A stretch of 63,202 nucleotides of DNA, counting the filler, from Octopus bimaculoides (Eukaryota): the NCBI RefSeq assembly GCF_001194135.2. It is 4 parts of 4 records of this genome, joined end to end, with 100 filler letters (N's around TTAATTAATTAA, not from the genome) between each part and the next. Parts side by side here need not be neighbours in the genome. Positions count along the whole stretch, not along the records: positions 1 to 16,508 come from NC_068996.1; positions 16,609 to 36,664 come from NC_068997.1; 2 more parts are not named here. The stretch is one strand, 5' to 3'. Position numbers and translations under genes: made by a program. The notes below the pieces were generated by a model. That model saw only the letters and a program-made list of their open reading frames with translations, did not search any database and was not told the DNA's origin. Below are positions 14,276 to 25,970 of the stretch, piece after piece. The first letter of the stretch is position 1; every line of letters begins with the position of its first letter.

Positions 14276-15504
14276 TTGTACACATATACATACATTCACA
14301 TACACACACACATACATACTTGCACACACACATACGTATGTACATACACACATACATACATACATATATATACATATATACGTGCATACGTGCATGCATA
14401 CATACATACATACATACATGCATACATACATACGTACAAAAATATATATGGCAGTTGTAAAGTATTCAGGCGTGCGCAGTGACATACACATACCCGCACA
14501 AGTGTACACGTACGCGTGCGCAACGCAGAGACTCGTGTGTTGTTGTACAGATGAACAACAAAGGCACAACTGATTTACTTATTACATGTGGTGTCTACAT
14601 TGACTACCGCCATTCTGGAGCACCGCCTTGCAGTCGAGGAAATCGACGCTAATACTTTCTACTGAAAGAAGCCCGTCGTGTATATATATATATATATATA
14701 TATATATNNNNNNNNNNNNNNNNNNNNNNNNNNNNNNNNNNNNNNNNNNNNNNNNNNNNNNNNNNNNNNNNNNNNNNNNNNNNNNNNNNNNNNNNNNNNN
14801 NNNNNNNNNNNNNNNNNNNNNNNNNNNNNNNNNNNNNNNNNNNNNNNNNNNNNNNNNNNNNNNNNNNNNNNNNNNNNNNNNNNNNNNNNNNNNNNNNNNN
14901 NNNNNNNNNNNNNNNNNNNNNNNNNNNNNNNNNNNNNNNNNNNNNNNNNNNNNNNNNNNNNNNNNNNNNNNNNNNNNNNNNNNNNNNNNNNNNNNNNNNN
15001 NNNNNNNNNNNNNNNNNNNNNNNNNNNNNNNNNNNNNNNNNNNNNNNNNNNNNNNNNNNNNNNNNNNNNNNNNNNNNNNNNNNNNNNNNNNNNNNNNNNN
15101 NNNNNNNNNNNNNNNNNNNNNNNNNNNNNNNNNNNNNNNNNNNNNNNNNNNNNNNNNNNNNNNNNNNNNNNNNNNNNNNNNNNNNNNNNNNNNNNNNNNN
15201 NNNNNNNNNNNNNNNNNNNNNNNNNNNNNNNNNNNNNNNNNNNNNNNNNNNNNNNNNNNNNNNNNNNNNNNNNNNNNNNNNNNNNNNNNNNNNNNNNNNN
15301 NNNNNNNNNNNNNNNNNNNNNNNNNNNNNNNNNNNNNNNNNNNNNNNNNNNNNNNNNNNNNNNNNNNNNNNNNNNNNNNNNNNNNNNNNNNNNNNNNNNN
15401 NNNNNNNNNNNNNNNNNNNNNNNNNNNNNNNNNNNNNNNNNNNNNNNNNNNNNNNNNNNNNNNNNNNNNNNNNNNNNNNNNNNNNNNNNNNNNNNTATCT
15501 ATAC

Positions 15505-15539
<35 letters not shown>

Positions 15540-15683
15540 CATACATAAATACATACATACATACATACATACATACATACATTTTGTTCATAGCCATACA
15601 GATACGTACATAGAAAGCGAGAGGATAAAGGATACATATACACTTACATATATAAATATTTACATACATACAGACACACAGAC

Positions 15684-15714
<31 letters not shown>

Positions 15715-16011
15715 GGCGCAGATACGGTTGTGTAGTAAGAAATTTGCTTCTCAGCCACATGGTCCTGGTTTCAGTCCTACTGCGTGGCAGCTTGGCCAAG
15801 TGTCTTCTGCTATAGCCTCGGTCCGACTAAAGCCTTGTGAGTGGATTTGGTAGACGGAAACGGAAAGAAACCCGTTGTATATGTGTGTATGTGTGTGTGC
15901 GCGTGCGTGCATATGTTTGTGTGTGTCTGTGTTTGTCCCGTTACCATCACTTGACAACCGATGTTGGTGTGTTTACGTCTCCATAACTTAAGAGTTCGGC
16001 ATACTTATACA
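15715..16011 (+). mobile_element. tRNA-derived SINE, 5' about 300 bp (left arm of an inverted pair)
   Basis: Head 'aggcgcagatacggttgtgtagtaagaaatttgcttctcagccacatggtcctggtttcagtcc', followed by a body shared with other copies in the window (29185, 32440, 60405). Confidence 0.85.
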
Positions 16012-16033
16012 TGTATGTATGTATGTATGTATG

Positions 16034-16087
<54 letters not shown>

Positions 16088-16179
16088 CATACATACATAC
16101 ATACATACGTGTATAAGTGTGCCGAACTCTTAAGTTATGGAGACGTAATATATATACATACATACATACATACATACGT

Positions 16180-16475
16180 GTATAAGTATGCCGAACTCTT
16201 AAGTTATGGAGACGTAACCACACCAACATCGGTTGTGAAGTGATGGTAAAGGGACAAACACAGACACACACAAACATATGCACGCACGCGCACACACACA
16301 TACACACATATACAACGGGTTTCTTTCCGTTTCCGTCTACCAAATCCACTCACAAGGCTTTAGTCGGACCGAGGCTATAGCAGAAGACACTTGGCCAAGC
16401 TGCCACGCAGTAGGACTGAAACCAGGACCATGTGGCTGAGAAGCAAATTTCTTACTACACAACCGTATCTGCGCC

Positions 16476-16476
<1 letters not shown>
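16180..16476 (-). mobile_element. tRNA-derived SINE, inverted near-identical copy of 15715-16011
   Basis: Reverse complement of 15715-16011 with only 3 substitutions seen by eye. An extra partial copy lies at 16111-16148. Confidence 0.85.
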
Positions 16477-16508
<32 letters not shown>

Positions 16509-16608
16509 NNNNNNNNNNNNNNNNNNNNNNNNNNNNNNNNNNNNNNNNNNNNTTAATTAATTAANNNNNNNNNNNNNNNNNNNNNNNNNNNNNNNNNNNN
16601 NNNNNNNN
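16509..16608. other. Artificial 100-bp scaffold join (44 N + TTAATTAATTAA + 44 N); also at 36665-36764 and 62075-62174
   Basis: The identical 44N-12bp-44N structure occurs three times, and the 12-mer contains stop codons in all six frames. This indicates an assembly spacer. Confidence 0.95.
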
Positions 16609-17005
16609 GTAAGTGTTAGTTTGTGCATGTCTACATTTGTGTACATGTGTGTATATATGTATTTATGTAAGTACGTGTGCATGTAGATAGGTAGGTAAGT
16701 ATACATATACACCTACCTACTTATATATCTGTGTGTGTGTGTGTGTGTGTGTGTGTATTTATGTGTGTGCGAGTAAGATGTATGTGGTGTGCATGTGTGA
16801 TTCTGCGTTCTTGTAAATATGTTTACGCGGGGGTTGGTCCTGGCTGGAGTACCTCCAACTATAGGAGTGCACGATCAGATTACCCCCGATATGATCGGGC
16901 AAACCTGTAATAGTGGTGGTAGAAGGTAAGATACAACTCCCTAGCACCACCACCACTGTCACTTCTTCCTTTTCTTCGTAAAACAAACCTTCTCGTTGTT
17001 TTCAG

Positions 17006-17237
17006 ATTGTCTGTGGCATTATCAAGTCGTGTAATAAACCAATAAATCAAGACTATTTTGTCCCACAGTCATTGGAAACATCTCTCAAAACTTGGCATGT
17101 CTCAGAAGAAAATATAAAAGACATCAAGAGCAAGCTGATCAGCATGTCTGAACGGACCCTGAAAGCCATCATGTCCTTTGAAGACACACTTAACGAAGAC
17201 GAACGCGGTGGAATTGGTGCTCAGACAGATATAATTG
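17006..17237 (+). CDS. CARNS1: Carnosine synthase 1-like, internal exon (first visible; phase 0 to 1)
   Basis: Acceptor ttttcag| and donor |gtaaagt. The 232 nt are open: IVCGIIKSCNKPINQ...EDERGGIGAQTDII(G). This matches the CARNS1 segment 'VVCGVGRGDRPL...EQRGG..AHTDFLG' (human sequence recalled from memory). Not in the ORF track. Confidence 0.85.
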
Positions 17238-18009
17238 GTAAAGTATGAAGCATCGTAGATTGATTTCTCTTATTATGGATTTCCATTTTGTCAAGGATTT
17301 TTCTATTTGAAACTGAACAGAAAATGCAGCAGTCTTAGATAGTGATTGATAGTTTCGTATTCTGTCATTGGAACTATATCGTAATATTGAAGGCAACATA
17401 AAATTCGAGTCTAGGACATTTACCAACCCCACTGGACAATAAACCCTCCACCAGGACAATCACTCCTGAGGACAAACAGATGATTATTTAAAACTTCATA
17501 ATATATTGGAGAGGGGATAATTAACCAAGGCTGGTAATTGTCTTAGGGAGTAGATGTTGTCGGGGGAAATTGTCCTACGAGGAGTAATAGTTCAAGTGAT
17601 GTAATTGTCCTTATACGTAAAATTCATGTGTGCATGTGTGTGTGTGTACATGCATAAGTAGGTAGATATATATATGTGTGTGTATATGGTGGGCACAGCT
17701 AACCAAACAGTTAACTTCGTTAACCGCTTGTCTGCTAAGTAAAAAAGTTAGCTTTGCAAATGCTAAACCGTTAAACAGGTAAAATAAATTAACAGAAGCT
17801 AAATCTTATATGAATTTAACTTCGGTTTGGTTTTGGGGCTCGAAAACCCTTAAAAACAGACCTACAGAGCTGAAATTTTCGTGCTGTAGCTTAGACATAG
17901 AGCTTTCCAAAAAGGTATAGCATGCCAAGATCAGATGATGATCAAGGTGTATGTAAATAATTAAATGAACGAATGAAATTAAACATTAGTTTTTCAGTCC
18001 AACATACAC

Positions 18010-18480
18010 TTTATTTACATATCTAGCAGGGCCATCTACCTGAAGGGGATTGTGATTTGACAGCCTTCCTACTTACTTAGACTTTAGTTTTTGCCAAACT
18101 AATTCTAATGCTTTGCTTCCACACCTTAAATTTCTTCTCTAGTTCTGGAAGTGATTCAGTTATAATAACAAGGTCATTAGCATAGAGGAGCTCCCAGAGG
18201 CAATCCAACTTAAATTTCTGTTATTGCCTGGAGGACTATGATGATCAAGAGGGGGCTGATGATTGATCCTTGGTGAACCCTTAATAGTATCCTGAATTCA
18301 TCCCTATACTTGTTGCCAACCCCCACCATACTGACAGCGCTTGTCTATCCCCAGTTTCCGCAGTGACAACTAGATAAAGGAGCGGCTATATAATCTCTTC
18401 TATCGCCACAACCCACTACTTACTTTCTAGTATCTTACTAAATCTCCCTCCTCCCTCCAATAGAAAATTGTTATATTTAT
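18010..18480 (-). mobile_element. RTE-X-like LINE reverse transcriptase fragment (degraded), in CARNS1 intron
   Basis: Minus strand reads approximately 'RVHQGSIISPLLIIIVLQAITE...NDLVIITESLPELEKKFKVWKQ...LAKTKV...SGRWPC', resembling RT motifs QGS..SP, (Y)ADD and 'KTKV' plus the downstream Cys motif. Contains stops and frameshifts. Confidence 0.7.
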
Positions 18481-18639
18481 TATTGTCTTCCATACATCAA
18501 TATTTCAAAGATGATTTTCTGATGATGATCTTCTGTTGATGAATGGATGTAACCATGATAATATTTGATCTCAAGAGCAAGCTTTCTTTACCCGTATAAC
18601 CTTATAAATTGTAGAATATTACTATACGATTTTTGCAAG

Positions 18640-18860
18640 GGCATCCACCTGTAAAAACCATACCAAAACTGACTTCGCCTGTGCTGGTACCACGTAAAAA
18701 GCACTTAGTCCACTTTGTGGATTGGTCGGTGTTAGGAAAAGCATCCTGCCGTAAAAACTATGCCAAATAGACACAATGGCCTGCTGTAGTCTTCTACCTG
18801 GCCGGTTCCTGTCAAACAGGCCAGCATGGAAGGCGAACGTTGAACGATGATGGTGATACA
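18640..18860 (+). mobile_element. LINE/SINE 3' tail ending in (TGA)n; related copy at 30720-30910
   Basis: Shared sequence 'gtgctggt.cca.gtaaaaagcac...ggcattaggaag...catggaa...' followed by tgatgatg in both copies. Confidence 0.6.
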
Positions 18861-19030
18861 CATAAATACATACACACATACATACCACACACACACATAC
18901 TTACGTATGTGTGTATATAAATGCATATGCATGTGTATTATAAACATATATTCACACACACACACACCATTCGGTTACATATCTGTAATGATTTGAACAC
19001 TTAATTTATTATTTTTGCTCAAAATTTCAG

Positions 19031-19293
19031 GACTTGACTTTTTAGTGAGGAAAAATCAATTGGAATTCGAACCTGTGTTAATTGAAGTGAATGGACGCGA
19101 TTGCCTGAAAAAATGCCAAATTAACGAATTCGTTAACAGAAGCAAACTTGGAGAAGCTGCCAACGAACTGGTGAATACCATGATTTCAAGATCTGAACTT
19201 TTTCTGGTGAAAGGTAAAACTGTGCTTTTCATCGGTGATGGATTGTACGGAAAACGGTTTACTTTGAAGGATACCAGAGACTACGGAATCAAG
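19031..19293 (+). CDS. CARNS1: Carnosine synthase 1-like, internal exon (phase 1 to 0)
   Basis: Acceptor tttcag| and donor |gtgaac. The 263 nt read (G)LDFLVRKNQLEFEPVLIEVNGRDC...KGKTVLFIGDGLYGKRFTLKDTRDYGIK, resembling CARNS1 'GVDFAL...PVALELNG..C...EGKQLLVVGAGG.SKKF....RDYGL'. Phases match both neighbouring exons. Confidence 0.9.
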
Positions 19294-19826
19294 GTGAACA
19301 TTTGAAGTATATTTCTTGACATTCTCAATTTTTACTTCATAATGGTTGGTTTTGCATATCTATCAATCAATCTGTCCTTTCAATTTTCAATTCCATTCAG
19401 ATTTTTGATTGTCAGAAATGGGTGAAGCCTAGTGGCGATCGACGAGCTTTCAGCTACTTGTGTCATACACTCTTGATGTAGCCATCTTACCTCATAATTT
19501 TGTGGTTTTCTGTATATATAGAACAATACTTGTATACAAAATAACCGAATCTATAATGGATGAAAAGTTAATAAGCAGTTTACTGTTGTAAAATAGTGAA
19601 AACAAAAATTTCAATAGAGTGGAAATGAATTTTTTTTTATAAAACACGTTTGATAATCGATGGGGTAGCTTCTTATGGGGGTCTCGGCAACTTCTATACT
19701 CATGAAGTTATCAACCATTGACTGACTCACTTTCGTCAATCCAAACGATCCATTCACAGACGATAGAAGGATGATGAATGCTCGTCAAGGAAATAACTGA
19801 GGCGACAATATGATTTATTTACATCA

Positions 19827-20392
19827 TATCTCGGATCTTTTTTAAAACGGGGGCCACATTTTTCATTAATGTTTTACGTAGTGTTTTTGGTACCGAAAGA
19901 CTTTCAAACTTCGTATACTTATCTATTTTGTGTTATAGATCAGAAAAATATTTTTGTATTCGAATTTATTTCATGTAAAACATTGTCTTATTTCGATAAT
20001 TTCAACCAATCACTGACAAGTATTCAGTTGTTTATATTTACTCCTTTGGCTGATTAAGCGGTGTAAAGCGTATTTAATTTCCATAGCTTCGTTTTGCTTT
20101 TTTCTTTTTAAATTTGCTGTTTTACCCTAACCCTAACCCTATCACCGATAGAATTGTTTCAGAATCGTTTGTTTATGTAGTCGGCACTTAATGTATATCG
20201 GCTGAATGGACGTCAGTGATTGGTTGAAATTACAGAAATACGACAACTTTAACATGGAATAACTTAGGGATTTCTTTTTTTTTAAGAAGACAAAGAGAAA
20301 AAGATGTTTTATATGACACATTCTACCAGTGTTCCAAGTTTCAAAGTGTTTCGTTAATGAAAAATGTGGCCCCCGTTTTAAAAAAAGATCCC
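19827..20392. mobile_element. Foldback/MITE-like element with nested inverted repeats and central (TAACCC)n
   Basis: Outer IR 19833-19869 vs 20354-20391 (one indel). Inner perfect 21-bp IR 19997-20017 vs 20212-20232. 'ccctaaccctaaccct' lies at about 20125-20140. Confidence 0.7.
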
Positions 20393-21078
20393 ATATCTCC
20401 GTTAGTATGTGTGACGAACCAGATTTAGAGTTCTTTAAAAACAATTCACAAATTTCATTTGATGCACCAACGACTGTTATGTTTTACTGCAAACGGGATT
20501 GTTTTTATCTTATATAAAATATATGTACGGCTTACATTTTATATTAAATATATGTATGATTATTTACTGGATACTTTGGTTATGTCGCATACACTGTTTA
20601 TATAAAATTATGGGATGTCACTGTTGTCAATTTCCAGTTTCTATCTTAATTTACTTTCATCCTTTAAGGACATTTCATGACAATATACTGCATGTTGACC
20701 GAATGAAAAAGTGACTGTTTGATGTTCATGCTGTTCTTAATGACATTATAGTCAGTATAAGTAAGGGGAACTTTTTTTCCATGTCCCTTTGCACTATTCT
20801 TAAGGTATGTGAAGAAAATTTGTCGATAGGCTTGTTTGAAATTACAGCCAAATAGATCTCAAAAATCATTACCTACGGTCTAAACAACATCAGCAACAAA
20901 GATTACAACAACAACAAGCGAAGACGTTAGATAATATAGATTCCACACGCCCTTAAGATTATGAACTTGGTTGATCATAGAACTACAAGATTTATAACAG
21001 CAGTAATAATTGTATATTTACAGTTCTATATTTCTACTTTCGCAAAATATCTTTAATTTTTGTTAATTTATTCCACAG

Positions 21079-22314
21079 ATTGTATTGGTAAATGCAGAAA
21101 AACCTAAAAACTTGAGCCCAGATATTACTTTCATACTACATGATCTGACTGACTTGAAGCAGGCATATAAAAATGCCACCGAAATTATTGCCAAGCTTCA
21201 AGCTAGAGGTATAACATTTGATGGCTGTATTACTTTCTGGGAAGAAAAAGTTCGTCTTGCGGCAGCAATATGCGAACTTATGGACCTAACAGGACCAAAT
21301 TATAAAGCATGCACCATTGCAAAAAACAAATACCTTACTTTAAAGTGGTTGCAGAAGCGAAAGGGAGATATTCCTCATTGGCCGCGTACGTTTTTGTATT
21401 CTTCAAACGCTTATGAAATTAATGTACAGTCTGATATCTCCAAAATCTTCCAAAACAACAAGCCTTCCTTACCTTCGGTATTAAAATTGAAATATAGCTC
21501 AGGGGCCTTAGGTGTTAAACTTGTACAAAACGAAGAAGAGTGTCAACAGTATTATCAGAAGATATCGGGCTTAGAAATGTCTGGTTATGGTTTCTCCTTA
21601 GGTCGTTCTTTTTTACTGATGGATTACTTACAAGGCACCGAACATGATGTTGATTTTATAATGTATAAACGTAAATTGATTGCAGCTTTTGTGTCGGATA
21701 ACGGTCCAACCAGGTTACCAAATTTCACAGAAACGGCAGCTCTTTTACCTTCGATTCTTTCAGATGAAGAGCAGAACCGACTAATTGTTGCTGCTTACCA
21801 ATGTTGTCTTGAAATCGGTTTAGAAAGCGGTGTTTTTAACGTGGAAATGATTATGACAGTGGCGGGACCAAAACTTTGTGAGATTAATGCTCGAATGGGC
21901 GGCAGCTATCTCAGAGATTGGATCAAGTTCTGTTATGGCGTTGATATTATGTTTTGTGCCTTATTAATATCTCTGGGCATTAAACCACATGTAGTATGTA
22001 AATATAATCAAACCAGTATAGCAGGGATAAATTGTTTGGTTCCAGAGCATGCTCATATTTTCAAAGATGAGCAAAAAATGAATTTAATTCAAGCCAAACA
22101 CGAATCCAAGCAAATACGATACAATCAATTTCTTGAAAAGCCTTTTGTACAAGATTTAGATGAGATAATTTTTTCAAATATAGCTGTAATTGAACCTGAT
22201 CCAATAACGGCTAAAATATCATTGATAAAACTCTCAGAAGAATTTGGCATTAAAACCAATTCGTACAATGTTGAACAATTCCTTAAATTCATTCCAAATG
22301 AGACACAAGAATAG
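21079..22314 (+). CDS. CARNS1: Carnosine synthase 1-like, terminal exon (C-terminal catalytic ATP-grasp domain)
   Basis: Acceptor ttccacag|ATT, 411 codons plus TAG. Motifs 'FDGCITFWEE', 'LKLKYSSGALGVKLV', 'GTEHDVD', 'AAFVSDNGPTRLPNFTETAA' and 'GVFNVE...EINARMGG.YLRDWI' are characteristic of CARNS1/ATPGD1. The three visible exons give 576 aa. N-terminal exons were not found. Confidence 0.93.
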   Translation: MVLVNAEKPKNLSPDITFILHDLTDLKQAYKNATEIIAKLQARGITFDGCITFWEEKVRLAAAICELMDLTGPNYKACTIAKNKYLTLKWLQKRKGDIPHWPRTFLYSSNAYEINVQSDISKIFQNNKPSLPSVLKLKYSSGALGVKLVQNEEECQQYYQKISGLEMSGYGFSLGRSFLLMDYLQGTEHDVDFIMYKRKLIAAFVSDNGPTRLPNFTETAALLPSILSDEEQNRLIVAAYQCCLEIGLESGVFNVEMIMTVAGPKLCEINARMGGSYLRDWIKFCYGVDIMFCALLISLGIKPHVVCKYNQTSIAGINCLVPEHAHIFKDEQKMNLIQAKHESKQIRYNQFLEKPFVQDLDEIIFSNIAVIEPDPITAKISLIKLSEEFGIKTNSYNVEQFLKFIPNETQE

Positions 22315-25300
22315 AGTGAAGTCTGGGAGTTATTATTTTGTGTGTGTGTGTGGGGGGGGATACAGAAATTTGATACATCTTTGATTTCTTTTCAAAAGTG
22401 AGTAATCGTTTTTTAGCCCGAAGTCAACTTTGATTCAAGCCGTAGCCATCTCATCTTTTCTATATCCATCTTGGCACTTGAATATCCTCGTATGTATTCA
22501 GAGGCAAGTCTGTAATTTGATTGGTCCCTTGTCATAGTGATATGATGTCTTAATCTTTTCCATCTCTCCTACCACAGTAAGTGCTCAAATGAACCTTCTT
22601 AGTTCTAGATCACTTTATGCCATCTCACCTGACTCATAAACTCAGTGTCCCCATCCAAATGCTGTCGTGCTTCCACAAATAAAGAAGTCTTTCTACAGTT
22701 GTAGCTTTTTCCCTTGAATTGCCAGAATTTGGAGTTCTTTTCCATCTCGTTTTCTCCCTTCTTGTGACCTGAACTTTTTCAAGTCTAAAATAAATTCATT
22801 CTTTGTGTCTTAATTACTTCTTCGTAGTCCCTTACACTAAGTGGCTTTCCACCTTGTTTAGGACTTTATAAAAATAAAAGAGAAACAGAACACTCCTGAT
22901 TACATTATTCAATGTGACATCTTCTGAGAGAGAGTAGGGCAGTAGATCCCTTTTCATATAAATGAACCCCTTCTTCATCAATGAATTTTCCCACAATCCC
23001 TGGGCCTATTTACTCAATAAGCTGATTTCATTAACAAACATCAAACTTACATCGGACAGCTATAGAATACCTAAGCTAAGATTTAAAACAGAAACCACAT
23101 TTCCCCACATTCACAAAGAAGTTCTCGGCCTATTGTTTTAGCCTGCTTGCACTGAGTAATTAATGAGAAAAAGTATATTTCTTATAGATTGTAACAACTT
23201 GCATTATAATCATCTTCAACACTGTAACAACATAATAATCAACCTTAATAAATGATCTTATTAAAAGTCAATTAAATAATTGTTCCTCATTGTTTTGTGT
23301 TATAATTGATCTAAACTCTTTACAAACACTTCTCCCATTTTCATCTCTCACCTGAAAAATATATGTAACTATTACCATAGATCTAACACAATGTCAAGTA
23401 CTTCTAAGAATGAAATGAAATTGTGTTGCTCACACAAAGGACAAGAAATTATCTGCATATAGACACTTTCTGCTAATAGACAATTGGGCACAAAGTCAAT
23501 ATTTAAAGTCAAATGAATGTAGATAAACAAAACCAACCCATACTTACGGGCACACATTTTACTTAAGAAGATTAGTTGAGTATAGTTATCCTAGTATATC
23601 ACTGGCACTTATTTTATCGCTTCCCAGAAATGTCAAATGTAAAATCGATCCCATCAGGATTTGAATGCAGAATGTACAGAGATTAAATAGATAAATACCA
23701 AGAGATATTTGATCTGATACTGTCACGACTGTTTCAAATGCACTAATGTTTAATGATATGGAGCCTTTTAGAGACAACAACTGCTGGCTTTGAGAATGTT
23801 CCAGATTTGGAGGTTTCCCCACTGGAAGCTTTATGTTTCCTGAATATTATGTTATAAAGAGGTAACAGCAAATGTTTTGAAATTTGGGATGACAAGTTTT
23901 TCTTATTCAGAAAGAAAATTCATTAATAGTACATGTGGTATGTACTACATGTGGAATGATAGGAGTAAGTCAAAGGATCTATTGATTTTCATTTAGCTTA
24001 CTTTCAACATTTATTTGCTTTGCTTTTGTCTGTGTCTGTGGGTATGTGAATACGCACGCACCAGTAGATGAAATTTTTAATGGTACTTTAAAATCTAAAC
24101 TATTTTCATTCAGAAAATGTCAAGTGCACTACAAGTAATTAGGTATTTAAAGTCTTGGTTGAGCTGAGCGTCATCAACCGGAAACTGTCTCGAGTGCAAA
24201 CATTCCATCATTACATCACAAGTACCTTTGAGAAAGGCTTGAACACCGCACAATCTTGCTTCCCCTGCCCGCTCCTAATATGATTTTTATTATGAATGAG
24301 CATACTGGAAAAGTGAACCTACAACCTGTAGCTTTGATGTCTGACATTATTTATGTCACCAGTTCTTTTGGGAACCATATGTCACATCTTATTTCTTTTC
24401 TTTCAGATATAGAGCATGTGTACCAAGAAATAACAGCTAAATCTCCTTTAAATTGTATCCTACTGTTCTGAAAACCAATGGACACATTGGATAAGCTAAT
24501 CCAGTATCTGAAAAAGATGAGATGGTCGAGGCTGGTGTACTTTTGATCATTAGTCTGCTCATTCAAGACTGACCTGGATGTAAAGATAAAAAAACAAACT
24601 AGAAGTAACAAGAAAGCATATCTGTAGTGGATTAACCTGCTAGAAATAGCAGCCAAATCTTCATATCTTACTATCACTAAACAGTGTAGCCAAAGATGCA
24701 CTTTCTTATAATGGTGAAATGGCCATGGTTAGATTGCCTTTCATCATAAATCTGCTAGATTAGAGCCATCTTTGGGGTGATTAATCAACAATAACTAGTT
24801 TTTAAATGTTTGAAGAATTTTTCTTCTTCTTCATTCAAGAATTTTCCTAGTTTGTTATTGTTCAACACCAGATCAACCTAGATCAAACAAACCTATAATC
24901 AAAAGTGTTTTGTTAACATCCATAAACCAAATAGAATGAGTTTAAACGAGGCTTTAAAGAATAAGCATTGGAGTCAATTTCTTCAACTAAACCTTTCAAT
25001 GTGGTGCCCCAGGATGGCCACAGTCTAATGAATGAAACAAGTAAAAGAAAAAAAAAAGATTGAGGAAACAACTGACTCTTTTGACAGTAACCATTCAGGC
25101 CCAATTAGAATAAAAAAGAACATAATATTGATGATCTGGATGGAAGGAATTACTTAATTTGAAATAAAAATTTACTTTTCTTTTTTTCTTTTAACTTGCT
25201 GATTCTGAAGGCAGGAGCACTGTACATGACTTTAACAAGTTCTCTGATATTTAGATACTTAGGTAGGATTTGATCAAAATTGGCCCAGGCAATGACTAAC

Positions 25301-25819
25301 TTAATACATCACCTGAAGAAAACGTTTAATCATGTTTCATGTTACAGCTATATTTTGGTCGTCATAGCCCATTCGAATTATGTGTTTTACAGAAATATAT
25401 CCAGGTGTAGGTGGTTTATTTGGAATTTGATGGAGAAATTCAGCTAAAAGCTGTATGAATATTATGAAAGCATTTTCTTCTTTTATGTGTCTTAGCATAA
25501 TTTTAAAGAGAGTAGGGCTAGTTGAATTGAAATAGTTTTTAGCGTTGAGATGTGACACTCACACAACTTTTGTAGAAGACAGATGGTAAGGGTACCAAGC
25601 CTTGGGGGGAATTTTAAAGTTGATGCCAACGTCATTTGAGCAATGCTGGTGGAAGATTTTCCACATCAAGCAAATGATATAGCACTCACAGTGGCATTGG
25701 AGGGATTCATGCTATTGTTTTGTTTCAACTGTTGCAGATCAACAACTGCAAGAAGGACATACATACATATACACATACATACATACATAAATAAATAAAT
25801 ACACTCACACGATGAGCTT

Positions 25820-25970
25820 CTTTTAGTTTCCACCTATCAAATCTACTTACAAGGCTTGGGTCAGTTTGAGGCTATAGTAGAAAACACTTGCCCAAATACC
25901 ATGCAATTGGAATTGAACCTGAAACTATTTGATCGGGAAGCAAAATGAATGATACAGCCATGCCTATACT
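25820..25970 (-). mobile_element. SINE 5' fragment (same family as 15715)
   Basis: Diverged reverse complement of the 15715 SINE head and body. Confidence 0.65.

Larger units (their letters stand above)
4820..16508. repeat. Microsatellite-dense region: (TA)n, (CA)n, (TACA)n, (TAGA)n, (GA)n, (TAG)n, with several N gaps
   Basis: Simple repeats are directly visible throughout. N gaps at about 7653-7753, 9662-10039, 11181-12179 and 14708-15495. Confidence 0.95.

Noticed and set aside
4995-16349. Many YI/HT/CV/MYVC/LSIY-repeat ORFs (also 36996-40850, 43841-45242, 61127-61597)
   Set aside because: These are translations of (TA)n, (CA)n, (TACA)n and (TAGA)n arrays, open in several frames on both strands, with no splice or domain support.
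16553-16564. TTAATTAATTAA palindromes (also 36709-36720 and 62119-62130)
   Set aside because: Always centred in 44N+44N; a synthetic six-frame-stop spacer, not a biological motif.
16820-16926. Open stretch MFTRGLVLAGVPP... ending at AG|GTAAGA as a possible upstream CARNS1 exon
   Set aside because: It ends in phase 2 while the next exon needs phase 0, the phase-0 frame contains TAG, and it has no CARNS1 similarity.
20125-20140. (TAACCC) repeats as an interstitial telomere
   Set aside because: Fewer than three units and embedded in a foldback element.
23586-23850. Minus-strand 78-87 codon open frame with a possible acceptor, and a short candidate exon at about 25690-25746
   Set aside because: No recognisable domain. 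The IGFBP-like ORF already terminates at its sixth Tg-1 Cys, and no consistent phase chain links these pieces.
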